A DNA stretch of 64,000 bases from Tubulanus polymorphus (lineage: Eukaryota > Animalia > Nemertea). The translations under genes and the position numbers were made by a program. This document shows, in pieces, positions 62,101 to 64,000 of the stretch. The stretch's first letter is position 1. The number at the start of each line of letters is the position of its first letter. The notes under the pieces are model-generated. The model was not told the DNA's origin. It ran no database searches and saw only the letters and a program-made list of their open reading frames with translations. The stretch lies in assembly GCF_964204645.1 (NCBI RefSeq), contig NC_134025.1, forward strand, positions 18,079,101 to 18,143,100, given 5' to 3'.

Positions 62101-64000
62101 TGTGGGGGGGGGGCATACTATATTCACTTCGTCGTTCGTCCGTCTGTCCGTCCGTCTGTCCGCAGTGGTTTCCGTGCCCTAGCACCCAAACCCTTTGACA
62201 AATTTTCCTGAAATTTAACAACTGTGTTGTACTAGATGAGGTTAATAACTGATTAGATCCTTTTGGATCCTGTAGGTCCAAGATCAAGGTCACAGGAAGT
62301 CATTTTGTAAATTTCATTTCCGGGCTCAAACTCATCAACGGTTTAAGATAATAGGTGAAATTTTATGGATAAGTTATCCTAGAGACTGTGGGTAACTGAT
62401 TAGATTTGGGTCCCGTAGGTCCAAGGTCAAGGTCACAGGAAGCCATTTCGTAAATTTAATTTCCGGGCTCTAACTCATAAACGATTTGAGATAACTCAAT
62501 GAAATTCTAGGGATGGGTTATCCCAGGGACCGTGGGCAACTGATTAGATTTTGGAACCTGTAGGTCAAAGGTCAAGGTCACCAGGAGCTGTTTTGTATTT
62601 TTAATTTCCAGGCTCTATCTCATGAACGATTTAAGATAACTTGCTGAAATTTTATGGATGGGTTACCCTAGAGACCTTCAGTGACTGCTTAGATATCGGG
62701 TCCTGTAGGTCTAAGGTCAAGGTCACCAGAAGTTATTTTGCTATTTTGATTTCCGGGCTATAACTCATAAATGGTTTAAGATAACTTGGTGAAATTTAAT
62801 TGATGGATTGTCCTAGAGCAAATAGATAACTGATTAGATGTTGGGTCCTGTAGGTCAAAGGTCAAGGTCACCAGAAGTTGTTTACGTGTTCCTTGCGTAT
62901 TTTCTTTGTTTCCTATCATGTACATTTTTTACACATTATTTTGCCCCCTTGGGACTTACTCTGAGCAGGCTATTGCATTCACTTTTCATTCGTTGTGTCT
63001 CCGTCCTCAAGGACTAAGGGTTACTGATCAATTTTTTTGGCCTATAGGTCCTAAGTCACTGGCACGGGGAGTCATTTTGTTCTTTTCGTTTGCTGCGGCT
63101 TCATATACAATTCAATATATCCTCAAGGTGTACTTTACTCTCAGGCGTTTCACCTGATGTGGGGGCATCAGTCGTCTTCAGCGACATTCTAGTTAAATAT
63201 TTTTTCTTTTTAATTTTCAAATCATTTTCAAATTCTAATATTTTTTTCTAAATATATTTTTGATTTAGTTTTATTTATATCATGAGGTATAATATTAACA
63301 CTTTCAATTTTATCTTCCATTTATATTATGAAAAAATTACTAATAAGTAAATTTATATGCTACAAATATAACAATAATTGTTCCACCTAAAATCCAAATT
63401 ATTTCATATTGTTGTTGTTCTTTACTTGGGGTATAATAATCTGATAATTTAGGTTTGTATAGATGTAATTTTCTTTATTGGTTACCGCGTTATATAAACT
63501 CATTGCATCATCAACTGATTGAAAATCTCTATGTGAAATCTTCTGATCATATAATTCCTTGTTAATATAATCCATATAGTTTTGTCTCTTTTCTCTATAT
63601 TCTTCTGCAGCTATATTGTATTTCTCTAATGCTAAGTTATGTCTTTTTTGTTCTGATAATGATCCATTTTTATCAATATGCTTAAATAAATATCCGCCAC
63701 CAGTAAATGCTAAAGCGTTAACAATTGCCGATCCTATAATAGTTATAACTGCAGAAGCCATTTATTTAGTAAAAAAATTACGCGTCAATAGGAGGAATAT
63801 ATTTTTGTTTTTCTAAATAATCAATTGTTAAATTAGATAAAGTAACTGCTAATGTCAATTTTAAAATACCATTTATATCAAATCTATCAACATCAATACT
63901 TCCTATTTGAATACTTTTTTTAATACCATTGTATATATCCAACAGTTCCAACTGATTGAAATGCTCTATTATATAAACCAGTTATTAGCCACTTCTGATC
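59124..64000 (-). mobile_element. Virus copy D membrane-protein block (59124-60548, 60570-61795, 61820-63320, 63341-63761, 63778-64000)
   Basis: Same gene order as 5224-10981 in copy A. T-run/TAAATG starts at 60548, 61795, 63320 and 63761. Confidence 0.85.
62098..63194 (+). mobile_element. Family III HINE with ~150-bp GGTCAAGGTCAC tandem repeats
   Basis: Inserted in TTACTTTT|AAATATTTT (empty site at ~8640 in copy A). GGGGGCAT near both ends, (GTCC/GTCT)n, 3' GTCG..CGAC stem-loop and CTAGTT. Confidence 0.85.

Overview
AT-rich animal (probably invertebrate) nuclear DNA made almost entirely of nested mobile elements. The backbone is four decayed copies or fragments (A-D) of an endogenous Polinton/Maverick-like (adintovirus-like) DNA virus: A ~555-14669, B ~34680-38005, C 20390-20735 joined to 39630-42718, and D 52133-52965 joined to 57842-64000. 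Together they encode an rve integrase with a chromodomain, an A32-like packaging ATPase, putative major and minor capsid proteins, a block of membrane proteins and zinc-finger proteins. No DNA polymerase B or cysteine protease is visible in this window. Two features of this virus stand out. First, at least 13 gene starts carry T5-8-N(4-8, mostly 6)-TAAATG, matching the poxvirus late promoter. Second, the right termini of A and C fold into 120-150 nt hairpins bounded by AGTAAT...ATTACT, and B keeps the same hairpin core. This suggests, as inference only, a virophage-like satellite of a poxvirus-like helper. The viral copies are interrupted by non-autonomous Helentron-type elements that nest into their own (ATT)n tracts and carry satellite arrays, three Penelope-like remnants with hammerhead ribozyme cores, a TIR element with an 8-bp TSD, and an intron-containing SAP-SWIM-YqaJ transposon gene. 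A BEL/Pao-like LTR fragment abuts copy C. One host calmodulin-like exon is present. All calls come from reading motifs by eye; no searches were run and boundaries are approximate.
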